From the IMG/VR virus record IMGVR_UViG_3300045988_023906: a DNA stretch of 64,000 bases. One strand, written 5' to 3'. The position numbers were made by a program, and so were the translations under genes. Within the stretch, counting starts at the first letter, position 1, and the number at the start of each line of letters is the position of its first letter. Shown piece after piece: positions 25,253 through 36,800 of this stretch. This DNA comes from a virus. The notes under the pieces are model-generated. The model saw nothing but the letters and a program-made list of their open reading frames with translations, made no database searches and was not told the origin of the DNA.

Positions 25253-28200
25253 ATGATAAAGAAATCTACATGGCAGATAAAAGGTATGCAGAGGGACTTG
25301 TCTGTAAGCAAATTCTCTTCTGAGTATGCTTATGAGAACAAGAATATAAGGATAATGTCTACTGATGATAATACCCTGCTCAGCATAGTAAATGAGAAGG
25401 GTACTAAAGAGGTATCAAACATAGAAGGTATAGACTCTATAAAGGGATTACCTATAGGACAAGCTACAATTAATGGTTATCTAGTACTGTTCACTACAGA
25501 CCAAGACAATGGAAAAGATTACATATATAAGATATGGTTTGACAAGGACAGCTTGCATGGAGTAATATTATATGATAGTAACAAAGGTAATCTTAACTTT
25601 AATCCTCTATATCCTATAGAGACATTGTCATTCTATGAAGATGATAACATACAGAAAGTATATTGGACTGATGGATTAAACCAGCCCAGAGTTATCAATA
25701 TTACTTCTATAGAAGATTACACACCCAATTCTTTTGACTTTGTTATGAGTTTGAATCCCGGTTCAACTGTTAACATAACCAATATAGAAAAAGGGTATAG
25801 TGGGATATTCCCGTCAGGGGTAATACAATATTGTGTTACAGTCTATACCAAGAATGCTCAGGAGTCCAATATACTGGCTATATCTCCTCTATATTACATA
25901 ACAAAGTATGATAATGGAGGTAGTCCTGAGGATTCTTTATCTGTGAGTTTTAATGTAACAGTGTCTGTTAAAGATGTTGCATGTGAGTATGTCAGATTAT
26001 ATTCAATACTGAGAACTACACAAGATTCAACTCCCATTGTCAAAAGAGTTCAAGATATAAAGTTATCTTCCTCTACTCAAATAATCAGTTTTACAGATAC
26101 TGGTAATATTGGAGAGAGTATTGACCCTACTGAATTATTATACTTGGGAGGAGAAGACATATCTTGTGGTACAATGTGCCAAAAGGACAATACATTATTC
26201 TTAGGAAATATCAATGTTAATAGAATTGAGCCTGATAGCTCTATTAGAGAGTACTTCAGAGGATTAAATGTAAACCTCAATACAGTTACCACAATTAATT
26301 TGGGAACACCTTCTGGATATTATCAACATGAGTTTCAGTTGAATAACAACTCTAGCACTATTAAGATATTTAAATATTTGGAGTGGTACAGATTTGGCAT
26401 ACAGTTTAAGCATAAGTCAGGCAGGTGGTCTTCTCCAGTATTCATAAAAGACGCTCAGATTACCAAAACACCCGGTACTAATGACTTATATGGTAGTTTT
26501 GGTGTTTCAAATCTGGTATTCTATAAGTGCATACCTGAGGTATCATTCAATGATGATACCATAATTGGTAAACTAAAGGATTTAGGATATATTGGATTCA
26601 GGCCTATAATAGTATATCCCTCTATAGGGGATAGAGAAGTAATATGCCAAGGAGTTTTATGTCCCACTGTTTATAATGTTGGTGACAGATTCAGTAATTC
26701 CCCATTTGTACAGTCTTCTTGGTTCTCAAGACCCAACATTCCCTTTGATGTGATAAGGTCAGAGTCTGGGGATGCAGGCTTGCCAGATGTGTCACCCATA
26801 TTTGACATTCCTGAAAAGGCATTATATAGTGACCAAACCTTGTCAAGATATGGTGTAATAAATAATGATAAGCAGTTTTATTCTCCTAATGAGCTAGTTA
26901 AAATAAATATTTCCTTGGTTGATGCAGGTACTTGGGCTGAGTGTAGGCATAGTAGTCCTATACCGGGAAACACTCATAGGAATGCGGAGATACAGAATAT
27001 ATCCTACCCTCCTGCCACTCCACGCCTTGCAGGAGGAAACCATTTGCTGACAGATTTTAGTGAATATGTGGAGAAGCATAAACATGAGTTTTTTGTAGAC
27101 CAATCAATAGTTACTCTTCATTCCCCAGATATTGAATTTAACAGTGAAGTTGAGAATTATGATATTTCCAAGTGTAAGCTGAGGATAATAGGTGCAACTT
27201 TGGTAACTGCCAGTGTAGGGGATATTGACATTGTAACTTCTACCACAGGAACTACCATGGTTGGCGCAGATAATGAGAAGTTCCCACCAACAGGGTTTTA
27301 TAAGGAGTCTTGTGGTAGTGTCAACATATCCCCTTGGGCATTCAGAAGCCAATTGGCTAATATCAACTGGATAGATAATATTCAAAGAGACTTTGGTGAT
27401 GTTATGCCCTCACAATATAGAAGGATGCAGGCAGGCTTTGCCACATATCCTTGGCATAGGAGTGGAGGTCTTGATGGTACAGGCTGGGCAGATGAGAATG
27501 GATATAGACCTGCCAAGTTACAGTATAAGAGGCTATCCAATTTGAAATTCTCTGCCACTAACCTGTACCTTAGCAGTACTAGTACATGGGATTCAGGGGA
27601 ACTTGCAGATGCACAGATTTTTAATTCAAACGAGGTTACTCCACTCAAATTGAAAGCTCAGGAGCATTCTGGAAAAGGCACTTTAGTGTACTATGGAAAT
27701 GTAGATAAGATTACTTCAAATACTGAATATTCAGGTAGTGATTATTACCAGATTGTAACATCTTCCACCTATAATCAGAATGATGCCTCATATACTAACC
27801 ACGACATATATGTTGGTGACTTTACACCTACCATACCTTTCACTAATAACTCAATAAATAAGGCATATGACCCTGTACACATAAAGTACAAGTCTACCCC
27901 TCATGCTGTTATTGTACTTGAAGACAAGTACAACTTGAGTAAGTACTCATATAAGGTTTTGCCTACTATCATAGATGGTAATGATTATGGAGAGCCTACA
28001 TCTAGTAGTTGGCCTGTAAACCATGTTGCAATAACTCATGATGGTGCCCCTAACTTCTGGGATACTTTGGAAGTATACAACTCTGTGTCTCAGGATGTTA
28101 TAGGAGACTTTGTAGGTACTGGTCCTAATAAGACAGTTAAAAGTATCCAATATGGCTGGTGGTGGTTAGCAGAATTATACAGAAGTGATGTCACTAATAG

Positions 28201-29614
28201 GTTTGGAGGAGAGTCTGATGATGCTATACAGAGTAATCAATGGTTACCATGTGGAGAAACTACCTATTTCTATGATGATGACTCCAGCCATACTTATCTT
28301 GTAAAGTACTTGGAAGGAGACACATACTTCCAAAGATATGACCATTTAAAGACTTATCCATTTACTTTGGAAGATGAAAACTCGGTGACTGAGATAATGT
28401 CATTTATGTGTGAGACAAGGGTAAATCTAGATGGCAGGTATGACAATAATAGAGGTAATACTTCTAATCTATATATAACCCCTGAGAACTTTAACAAGCT
28501 AAATCAAGTATACAATCAAAAGGATAACTTCTTTACCTATAAGGTAAGTACTGATGATACTTCAGTATTGAACAAATTTCCTAATGTGGTTACTTGGACT
28601 AAGACTAAAACTGCTGGAGAACTTATTGATACTTGGACCAATATCACTCTTGCATCCACTCTTGATTTTGATGGTGATAAGGGTAGTATAACAGCTCTGA
28701 GAATGCATAATAATAATATCCTTGCTTTTCAAGATAAAGGCATTAGTCAGATATTGTATAATGAGAATGTGCAGATTTCTCCCACTAATGGAGTGCCTAT
28801 TGAAATTGCCAACAGTGGAAAAGTTACTGGTAAGAGGTACTTATCTGATAGTATAGGATGTTCTAATAAGTGGTCTATATGCAGGACACCTAATGGTACC
28901 TATTTTATAGATGATATTACCAAAGGTATCTTCCTACTTAACAACCAGTTGGATAACATCTCTGATAGGCTTGGATTCCATTCATGGATTAACAGTAGGT
29001 CAACTGGAATAAATGTATGGAATCCTAAAGACTTTAGTGGATTTGTAACATACTATGATAAGGTAAATGGAGATGTATTCTTCATAAGCAAGGATGAGTG
29101 CTTGGCATTTTCAGAACCATTAGGCCAGTTCTCTTCATTCTACAGCTATGAGAATGTGCCATATTTCTCCAATATACTAGACAGGGGACTGTGGGTAAAG
29201 GATGGGAAGCTATGGCTGCACAATGAAGGTGATTATAATACCTTCTTTAACAGTTACCAGCCTTTCTATACTACTGTCATATCCAATCCTGATATGACCC
29301 AAGATAAGATATTCAACACTCTTGAGTTCAGGGCAGACAGTTGGAACAGTGAAGGCAAGCTATTGGATACAACCTATGATACTCTCAGTGTTTGGAATGA
29401 ATACCAAAGTGGTGAATCCAAGCTTACCCATGTACTTGGAAGACCTTCAAGTCTCAAGAAGAAGTTCAGGATATGGAGGGCTAATATACCAAGGGATAAA
29501 TCAAACAATAAAGACAGGATGAGAAATCCTTGGTTATATCTTAAGCTATCTATGGAATCTGAAAATACAAATAAGACCATATTGCATGATATGGTGGTGC
29601 ACTACTTTGAATAA
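25253..29614 (+). CDS. Large tail protein (1453 aa; muzzle/tail-hub class)
   Basis: Called from size and position at the end of the tail block, with a terminator after it. Confidence 0.5.
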   Translation: MIKKSTWQIKGMQRDLSVSKFSSEYAYENKNIRIMSTDDNTLLSIVNEKGTKEVSNIEGIDSIKGLPIGQATINGYLVLFTTDQDNGKDYIYKIWFDKDSLHGVILYDSNKGNLNFNPLYPIETLSFYEDDNIQKVYWTDGLNQPRVINITSIEDYTPNSFDFVMSLNPGSTVNITNIEKGYSGIFPSGVIQYCVTVYTKNAQESNILAISPLYYITKYDNGGSPEDSLSVSFNVTVSVKDVACEYVRLYSILRTTQDSTPIVKRVQDIKLSSSTQIISFTDTGNIGESIDPTELLYLGGEDISCGTMCQKDNTLFLGNINVNRIEPDSSIREYFRGLNVNLNTVTTINLGTPSGYYQHEFQLNNNSSTIKIFKYLEWYRFGIQFKHKSGRWSSPVFIKDAQITKTPGTNDLYGSFGVSNLVFYKCIPEVSFNDDTIIGKLKDLGYIGFRPIIVYPSIGDREVICQGVLCPTVYNVGDRFSNSPFVQSSWFSRPNIPFDVIRSESGDAGLPDVSPIFDIPEKALYSDQTLSRYGVINNDKQFYSPNELVKINISLVDAGTWAECRHSSPIPGNTHRNAEIQNISYPPATPRLAGGNHLLTDFSEYVEKHKHEFFVDQSIVTLHSPDIEFNSEVENYDISKCKLRIIGATLVTASVGDIDIVTSTTGTTMVGADNEKFPPTGFYKESCGSVNISPWAFRSQLANINWIDNIQRDFGDVMPSQYRRMQAGFATYPWHRSGGLDGTGWADENGYRPAKLQYKRLSNLKFSATNLYLSSTSTWDSGELADAQIFNSNEVTPLKLKAQEHSGKGTLVYYGNVDKITSNTEYSGSDYYQIVTSSTYNQNDASYTNHDIYVGDFTPTIPFTNNSINKAYDPVHIKYKSTPHAVIVLEDKYNLSKYSYKVLPTIIDGNDYGEPTSSSWPVNHVAITHDGAPNFWDTLEVYNSVSQDVIGDFVGTGPNKTVKSIQYGWWWLAELYRSDVTNRFGGESDDAIQSNQWLPCGETTYFYDDDSSHTYLVKYLEGDTYFQRYDHLKTYPFTLEDENSVTEIMSFMCETRVNLDGRYDNNRGNTSNLYITPENFNKLNQVYNQKDNFFTYKVSTDDTSVLNKFPNVVTWTKTKTAGELIDTWTNITLASTLDFDGDKGSITALRMHNNNILAFQDKGISQILYNENVQISPTNGVPIEIANSGKVTGKRYLSDSIGCSNKWSICRTPNGTYFIDDITKGIFLLNNQLDNISDRLGFHSWINSRSTGINVWNPKDFSGFVTYYDKVNGDVFFISKDECLAFSEPLGQFSSFYSYENVPYFSNILDRGLWVKDGKLWLHNEGDYNTFFNSYQPFYTTVISNPDMTQDKIFNTLEFRADSWNSEGKLLDTTYDTLSVWNEYQSGESKLTHVLGRPSSLKKKFRIWRANIPRDKSNNKDRMRNPWLYLKLSMESENTNKTILHDMVVHYFE

Positions 29615-29632
29615 CTTGATAGAGATAGCCTG

Positions 29633-29672
29633 AAGGGAAGATAAGTAATAAACTTATCTTCCCTTTACTTTT
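29633..29672 (+). terminator. Rho-independent terminator
   Basis: Perfect 14-bp stem AAGGGAAGATAAGT/ACTTATCTTCCCTT with a 5-nt loop, followed by TACTTTTT. Confidence 0.85.
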
Positions 29673-29683
29673 TAAATAATATT

Positions 29684-29715
29684 CTTGTATAATTCTGATA
29701 CTTTACTTATCTTTG
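29684..29715 (+). promoter_or_regulatory. Bacteroides-type promoter (cTTG-N20-TAtcTTTG) for the cargo-protein operon
   Basis: TTG at 29685-29687, a 20-nt spacer and TATCTTTG at 29708-29715, within TTACTTATCTTTGCA. Confidence 0.7.
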
Positions 29716-29733
29716 CAAATAAATTATTATAAC

Positions 29734-32520
29734 ATGGTTAATAGAAAAGTTATAAGGAAACACAATAGTCCTGTTACTACTGGTATCATTAATAGATATG
29801 ATGATGGTGGTAGTATATGGGACATTAGCAAGCTTTTTACCAAAGAAAACTTAGGTAAACTAGGTCTTGGATTATTAGGCCCCGCTGGTAATGCAGCAAA
29901 TGGTTTAATAAGTAATGGACTAAGTTCAGGAGCAGGCAATGCAGTCAATAAAGTAGGAAGTACTGTGGGTTCTGCCATTAGCACAGTCAACCCTTTATTA
30001 GGAGGCATTGTATCTGCTGGTACTGGGTTGATAGGTGGTATAACCAATGCATTATTCGGTTCAAAGATTAATGAGGAAAATGTCAATAATGTCAGAAACT
30101 CCAATAATGCCCTGAGTACAGTTAAAGTTGATAGCAGTAGCAATGACTCTATACTTAATCAATGGTCTAATCAGGACTTTGGAGCAGACTTCTCCCAATC
30201 AGATATTGGGAAAGATGGATTGTTCAGTGACAAGGCAGAAGATTTATATAATGAGTTGAAGAAGGAACAGGAGATAGCCAGAGGCAGAGCACTGCTAAGT
30301 TATGATAATGCAATAGAAAGTGCTGATAAGATGAATGATTTAAGAGCTATGTCCAATTACATGGCAAAGGGAGGTAAGATTCATATCAAGCCTGAGAACA
30401 GAGGCAAGTTTACTGCCCTTAAAAAGAGGACTGGAAAGTCAGCATCTTGGTTCAAGGAGCATGGTACTCCTGCACAAAAGAAGATGGCTACCTTTGCCTT
30501 GAATGCTAGAAAGTGGAAACATGATGATGGAGGATGGATAGATGAAGAGTTTACTTTGCCTTACAGTGCCTATATAGCAGACAGGGTAAATAACATGGGA
30601 CTTAATAACTCTCAAAAGGCTGCTGTATACAGTTCAATATATGGGGAATCAAGGTTCAATCCCTATGCCTATAATCCCAGAGGTGGTGGAAAGGGAGCAC
30701 ATGGAATCATGCAATGGAGAGGTGCCAGAATACCTGAAAGCTCTTATCTGCCTAGCCAAATGGACTACTTGGAAAATACACTTAATAGTGTAGATAGGAT
30801 GAATTGGTTGAGTAAGAGAAGTCTGAACAATTTCAAGAAATCCAATACTCCTGAGGCTTCCTCCTCTGCATTTGAAAGAGGATATGTCAGGGGAGAGGAG
30901 TTCTCTAGAACCTCTAAAAGAAAGAAGGCAAGGTCTGTATATGACAAGATGCACACTCCCAGTCTGTCTGACTTATCAGATTATAATATGAGAACTATTA
31001 CCAAACCTAATATACAAATACCTTTTAATCCATTTGGAGATGGTGGCCTCATGGGTACTCATGGGGCAGATTTTACCAATGGTGTCACTGTTATAAATAA
31101 TGGAGGATACCATGAAGAGAATCCACATGAAGGAGTACAGATTGGGGTTGATTATAATGGAATACCTAATCTTGTGGAAGAAGGAGAGGTGATTTATAAT
31201 GATTATGTATTTAGTAACAGGATTAAAGTACCTGATTCAGTGAAGCAGAAGTATAAATTGAAAGGTGGCAAAGGTCTGACATTTGCAGATGCTGCCAAAA
31301 GGATTCAAAAGGAGTCTGAGGAAAGACCCAATGACCCAATAAGCAAGAGAGGGCTGGAAGATGGTCTCATAAAGTTAATGCAGGAGCAAGAGGCTCTTAG
31401 AGGACAGGGGCAATATGGACTTGAAGGAGTACAATATGCAGAAGGAGGTCTTATACCTGATGATTACACATATACTCCGGTGTTTGGTTCTTGGAAATCA
31501 GGAGAGATGCCAGAGGTTACAGCTACAGCAAAGAGACCCAGCATGATTAAATATGTGGATTATGACATACCTTCTACCATAGAGCCTATAGGTATTGATG
31601 GGCTTTATGCAGGATTTAGTGGCCTGTCTCCTATGGAAATATCAGGTATTGGTGAAGTAGGATATGATATACCTTCTAATGTGGAAGGTACAACTCCTGC
31701 TAAAGTTAGGGTACCCAAAAGAAAGGGTAATACAGATAGAAGAGGATTTGATGCTACTTGGCTAAGATATGCACCTGTAGTAGGAGCTGCAATAGGACTA
31801 GGACAGAACTTATTCAGTAGACCAGACTATACAAGTGCAGATACAATACTTGAAGCAGCTAATCAAGCAGGTAATTATACTCCAGTAGAATATACTCCAA
31901 TAGGCAACTACTTACAATATAGACCTTTTGACAGAAGCTTCTATTTGAATAAACTTAATGCACAGGCAGGTGCTACAAGAAGGGCTATTATGAATACTAC
32001 AAGTCCTTCAAGAAATGCAGCTTTACTTGCAGCAGACTATAATGCTTTAGGCAGATTAGGAGACTTGGCTAGACAAGCTGAAGAGTATAATCTAGCACAG
32101 AGACAAGCTGTTGAGACATTCAATAGAGGTACTAATATGACTAACTCAGAAATGGGACTCAAAGCTGCAATGGCTAATCAGGAAGCTGCATTAAAGGCAA
32201 GGAGTTCAAGATTAAGTGGAGTAGCACAGGCTATGGCAATGAGAGATGCTATTGATAATAGAAGAAGTGCTAGTATGAGTGCTAATCTTACTAACTTATT
32301 TGACTCATTAGGAAGTATTGGTAAAGAGGAATTTACTAAGGATATGATAGAAAAGAACTCTGCTCTATTGTATGATTGGATGGGCAAGTATAAAGGTCTA
32401 GGTGATAAATCTAAAGAAGATGACCAAGCTCACTTTGCAGAAAGTTTTGAGTCAATGAAGAAGGCAAGTAAGAAAAGAAGTAAAGGTGGGTATTTAACTA
32501 TTAAAAAGAGGAGAAAGTAA
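29734..32520 (+). CDS. Virion internal/ejection protein (928 aa) with a Gly-rich hydrophobic N-terminus and a phage-tail-lysozyme-like domain
   Basis: The start is moved to ATG 29734, because the track TTG at 29713 lies inside the -7 box. Gly-rich segment GLGLLGPAGNAANGLISNGLSSGAGNAV. YGESRFNPYAYNPRGGGKGAHGIMQWRGAR (about 30640-30725) resembles the E-S-x-F-N-P...G-x-x-Q-W lysozyme motif. Confidence 0.6.
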   Translation: MVNRKVIRKHNSPVTTGIINRYDDGGSIWDISKLFTKENLGKLGLGLLGPAGNAANGLISNGLSSGAGNAVNKVGSTVGSAISTVNPLLGGIVSAGTGLIGGITNALFGSKINEENVNNVRNSNNALSTVKVDSSSNDSILNQWSNQDFGADFSQSDIGKDGLFSDKAEDLYNELKKEQEIARGRALLSYDNAIESADKMNDLRAMSNYMAKGGKIHIKPENRGKFTALKKRTGKSASWFKEHGTPAQKKMATFALNARKWKHDDGGWIDEEFTLPYSAYIADRVNNMGLNNSQKAAVYSSIYGESRFNPYAYNPRGGGKGAHGIMQWRGARIPESSYLPSQMDYLENTLNSVDRMNWLSKRSLNNFKKSNTPEASSSAFERGYVRGEEFSRTSKRKKARSVYDKMHTPSLSDLSDYNMRTITKPNIQIPFNPFGDGGLMGTHGADFTNGVTVINNGGYHEENPHEGVQIGVDYNGIPNLVEEGEVIYNDYVFSNRIKVPDSVKQKYKLKGGKGLTFADAAKRIQKESEERPNDPISKRGLEDGLIKLMQEQEALRGQGQYGLEGVQYAEGGLIPDDYTYTPVFGSWKSGEMPEVTATAKRPSMIKYVDYDIPSTIEPIGIDGLYAGFSGLSPMEISGIGEVGYDIPSNVEGTTPAKVRVPKRKGNTDRRGFDATWLRYAPVVGAAIGLGQNLFSRPDYTSADTILEAANQAGNYTPVEYTPIGNYLQYRPFDRSFYLNKLNAQAGATRRAIMNTTSPSRNAALLAADYNALGRLGDLARQAEEYNLAQRQAVETFNRGTNMTNSEMGLKAAMANQEAALKARSSRLSGVAQAMAMRDAIDNRRSASMSANLTNLFDSLGSIGKEEFTKDMIEKNSALLYDWMGKYKGLGDKSKEDDQAHFAESFESMKKASKKRSKGGYLTIKKRRK

Positions 32521-32521
32521 C

Positions 32522-33829
32522 ATGGCAAATTATTCATTAGTGGTAGGGTCAAAATTCAGTCCTTTCTCTTACCAAGAGTTACTTCAGCCTGCTTTAATGG
32601 CTACACAAGCACATCAAGAACTTGAAAATCAATACTCAGAGTTAGCTACTAAAGCTAATATATGGGATAAACTTGCTAATAAACAGACTGATCCTAAGGC
32701 TTATAGAATGTATAAGACATATTCAGATGAACTCAAAGATAAGGCAAGTAAACTAGCAAGAGAAGGATTAAATGCTTCAAGTAGGCAAGAACTGTTAAAT
32801 ATGAGGAATAGGTACTCACAGGATATAGTACCAATAGAGAAAGTATATAATCAAAGAAGCAAGTTAGCAGAAGAACAGAGAAAGTTAAGAGCAGCTAATC
32901 CATCAATCATGTTTGACAGGGATTTCTCTTTAATATCATTAGATGACCTTCTAGACAATCCAGAGTTAAGTTATACTTCAGTTAGTGGAGATGATTTATA
33001 TAAGAAAGGTAAGGAAGCTGCTATATCTGCATCATCAAGAATGATGAATGTATCTCCTGCATTACAAGGTCAATACTGGAAGATAAGACAGGGATATGGA
33101 GCAGATGCAGCTAATGAGTTCTTATTAAACCAATCTAATATACCTGAACTTAAAGATGCTATAAATAGAATAGTATCACAGTCAGGAGTTACAAAGGAAA
33201 ATTTAAGTAGAGCTATAGACTATACTATAAGTGGTATAATGTCTGGAATATCATATAATGAAAGTTATCAAGCTAATAGGGGATATATAGACCCAGCAGA
33301 AAGAGAAAGATTAGCTTTAGCTAGAGAACAGTTTGAGTGGTCTAAGGATAGATGGGAAGATGAGCAGTTAGGAGCTGAATTACCTAATGGAGATAGAGTT
33401 AAAGATGTTGGAGGTGGAAGAGTTAGGATAACACACCCTGATGGAAAGGTTGAAATTATGGCTGCCCCTAAATCTACTAGTGTCTCAAAAGGTCAGAATA
33501 AAGATAAGAAGCCATTCTCTGGATTACAATTTAAGATGTGGAACAACTCTAGTGCTACTACAGATTTCCAAGAAGGATTATCTAATGAAGAGTGGACTAC
33601 TAAGAGAAAGGGCTTTGATACAGGAGATGAAGAACAAATATCATTTACTGACCTAAGTAACTCAATGCAGACTAATTTGGCAGCTAAGTTAGCTGAGTAT
33701 GGCTTAACATTTGATGATGTAGAAGTATGGAGAGACCATGACTCATTCTCAGATGACCATTACCAAATAAGATTAAAACAAAGTGAATCAAATACATCTC
33801 AAGAACCTATAGGGTTTGGAGATTTATAA
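32522..33829 (+). CDS. Hypothetical virion cargo protein (435 aa)
   Basis: Tightly packed ORF between two large virion genes. Confidence 0.45.
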   Translation: MANYSLVVGSKFSPFSYQELLQPALMATQAHQELENQYSELATKANIWDKLANKQTDPKAYRMYKTYSDELKDKASKLAREGLNASSRQELLNMRNRYSQDIVPIEKVYNQRSKLAEEQRKLRAANPSIMFDRDFSLISLDDLLDNPELSYTSVSGDDLYKKGKEAAISASSRMMNVSPALQGQYWKIRQGYGADAANEFLLNQSNIPELKDAINRIVSQSGVTKENLSRAIDYTISGIMSGISYNESYQANRGYIDPAERERLALAREQFEWSKDRWEDEQLGAELPNGDRVKDVGGGRVRITHPDGKVEIMAAPKSTSVSKGQNKDKKPFSGLQFKMWNNSSATTDFQEGLSNEEWTTKRKGFDTGDEEQISFTDLSNSMQTNLAAKLAEYGLTFDDVEVWRDHDSFSDDHYQIRLKQSESNTSQEPIGFGDL

Positions 33830-33838
33830 ATTAATAAT

Positions 33839-36800
33839 ATGGCTTTAGAAGGATTAAAAGGATTGACAGCTCAGGATAGAGCCAATTGGGAAAAGAAATA
33901 TAGTGCATATCTTTCAGGAAAATCTTCTGATGAAATAGAAAGAATGTATAGAAATGAAATGTTTAAGGCAAAGTTTAAGGGCAGAGAAGATTACTCTGCC
34001 CTTAAACAGATGTCTCCTGAAGAGAGGGATGCCTTTTATAATAAAAGCTATACTGATTCTATTGAAGCAGTTAGGAGAAGTGCAAAAAGATATAGTGCCA
34101 ATAATGATTTATTTACTGTAAAGTCAGATGCAACTAGAGTCAGAGAGCCTATAAGATATGAACTGTCTCCTCAAGAGCAAGAGGCTTTCAAGGCTAAGTC
34201 AATAGCCTATGATAATGCTATGAGGAAGTATAGTAGTGATTATGCTAAAAATGCCTATGATAGGGACCATGCTGTAAAAGATATAAGAACTGTTGCTGAG
34301 AGTGTATCACCATATTATAGAAAGTATAAAAACACTGATTATCTTCCCTTTACAAATAATGACTGGCAAAATATTGCTACTGAGTATAATGCCAAGAGAG
34401 ATGCTTATGGAGAAGAAAGTGCTAATATATGGCTGCAAGGTAAAATGCAGGATACAGCATCAAAGAACCAAAGCTTGTTTGAAAAGGCATGGAATGGTTT
34501 TGTAGGAATGGGGGCATCAGCAGCAGGAGCACTTATAGGAACTTATGGTATGCTCAAAGGTGCTTATGACTATGTTGCTGGCAATTATAAGGATGTAAAA
34601 GGCCTGAATGGGTTTGAGAATTTTATGAATTCTGTAATGGATAATGATATTACCAGATTTGGTAATGATGTTACCCAATACGGAACAATAATTAACTTAG
34701 ATGAAGCTAAAAAGAGTGGATTATCTGAGTTGGAGGTAATGCAGACTCAAGGACAACAAAGTGGTTCAGATAGTTTATTTGACCAAATATTCAATGTAAA
34801 TACTATACCTGTAGCCATGCAGTCAGGAGGATTTACTGCAGCATCTATGCTAGCTGGATATGGAGAGGCCAAGTTGGCTGGATGGGCATTTAAAGGCATG
34901 AAGGGTGCTACAATGTTAGGTAAGACAGGTAGTACTACTCAGAAGTTAATGCAGGCTAGAAACACTCTCAATTCTATTCAAAAGGCTGAAAACTTTACTA
35001 ATAAGTTTGTTATCCCTGGTCTTGCTGGAACTACTGAGGGTGTTATTGAAGGGCTTAATACTAAACTAGAAGTTCTAGAGGACTCCAAGAAAAAAATAGC
35101 AGAAGCTCAATCTAAATATGTAGATAGAAGATTTAAGGAACTGTATGAGGCTGAGTATAATAAAAGAATGCAGGAAGCCTACAATAAGTCAAAACTCACT
35201 AGGAATAGAGAAACAGGAAGGATGACTTCTTCTTTTAACCCTAATAAAGAGTCAAAGAAGATTTTAGATGATTTATATAAGCAAGCTTGGGATGAATATT
35301 CATCTAAGTATAAAGAAGCCCTAAATCAGGCAGAGTTTGCTGCTAGTAAAGCAGGAGTTAATAATTTCTTAGTGAACTCAGCTATTAATGGAGTAATAAA
35401 CCAAACATTAAAAGCTGGATTGCAGTCTTCTACTGTACAGGGTACTCTTCAAAAGTCAAGACTATTTAATTGGGCAACTCCTAAAGGTAAATTTGATATA
35501 ACAGGCTCAGGTGCAAATACTACTGTAACTCCTAAGTATAGAGCTTGGAAACAAACTTGGAATATAGCAAAAGAGCCACTTGGTGAATTTACAGAAGAGT
35601 ACTTACAGAGTGTATCTAATGCTACAATGAGTGGAGGTGCAGCCAATAATATTCATCAGTTTATTGAAAATAAATATAATGGTGATGGCTCTGCTGAAGT
35701 AGGTGATTATATGGCTGGAGATTTTACAGCAGCCCTACTATCTATGGGTGAATCTATGGTAGATAATGAAACCATTAAATCAGGTATTTATGGTGCTATA
35801 TCTTCAGCTATGGGAACTCCTGTATTTAGAGGTGGAGATTATACTAAAAGAGTGAAAGGAAGTGATGGTAAATACCATACTGAAATTGACTTGTCTAGAA
35901 GAGAAGGAGAGAGCAGGTTAGGTCATATAACCAGACTAATGCCTTGGAGAAGTGGTATCACTAATGCTATAAGAGAGAATGCTGAGACAAAAAGACAATT
36001 ATATGATGATGCTAAGACCTTAGAAACTTGGTTAAGAGACCCTAATAACAAAGCTAAGTTTGATGGTATAGTAGGTACATATAACTGGGCAAAGCAGATG
36101 GAGAGTGATGCTAAAAGTAATGATGAGTTTGGATATAGAAACAGCTTGTTAGGTAAGACTATCAATGATGTATTCATGTTAGATAAGATGAGGGGAACTC
36201 AGTATTATGATTCATTTATGAATGAACTTATTACTGTAGCTAACCTTGAAGAAGGTACAGAACAGGCTAATAGCTATATTAAATCTATGAGGGACAACAT
36301 CAATACTCAAGATAGTAATGTTAGTGATACAGAAGTACTTAACCAGTTAAAGAGTAATGCCAATAAACTACTTAATACTATTAATACCATACAGAAGGAG
36401 TCTGATAAGATAGATAGAACATTAGGCAATGTAGATGAAGATACAAAGCAAGCTCTTATATTTGGTCAGATGTCTTTGCAGGATTGGGATAGTAGAGGCA
36501 AGAAGATTGAATCTGAACTTGGTAATATAGCATCTCTTATAACTGACAGCTCTAAGCCTGTTAGTAACATGTCTCCTGAACTAAGAGATATTGTAAGTAG
36601 GTATGGCTCATTAAGTAGGGCTAAAAAAGTTAAGGAAGAGTTATCTAACTCCTTACAGAGCATTAGCAAGGATATTGATAATCTGAATAATAGGAAGGAT
36701 AACCTTACAGACTCTGAAAAGACAATCCTGAAAGAGAAGAAAGCTAAGCTGAAATCTATTAATAAGGTACTTAATACATTAAAGAGCATTGATAATGTAG

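Noticed and set aside
29713-29733. TTG/GTG starts proposed by the ORF track at 29713, 23173, 22256, 16944 and 22816.
   Set aside because: The TTG starts at 29713 and 23173 would place the 5' end inside or across a predicted promoter box, and 22256 lies only 10 nt past a terminator. For 16944 and 22816 the choice simply favours the nearby in-frame ATG over a TTG/GTG start. An in-frame ATG follows in every case.
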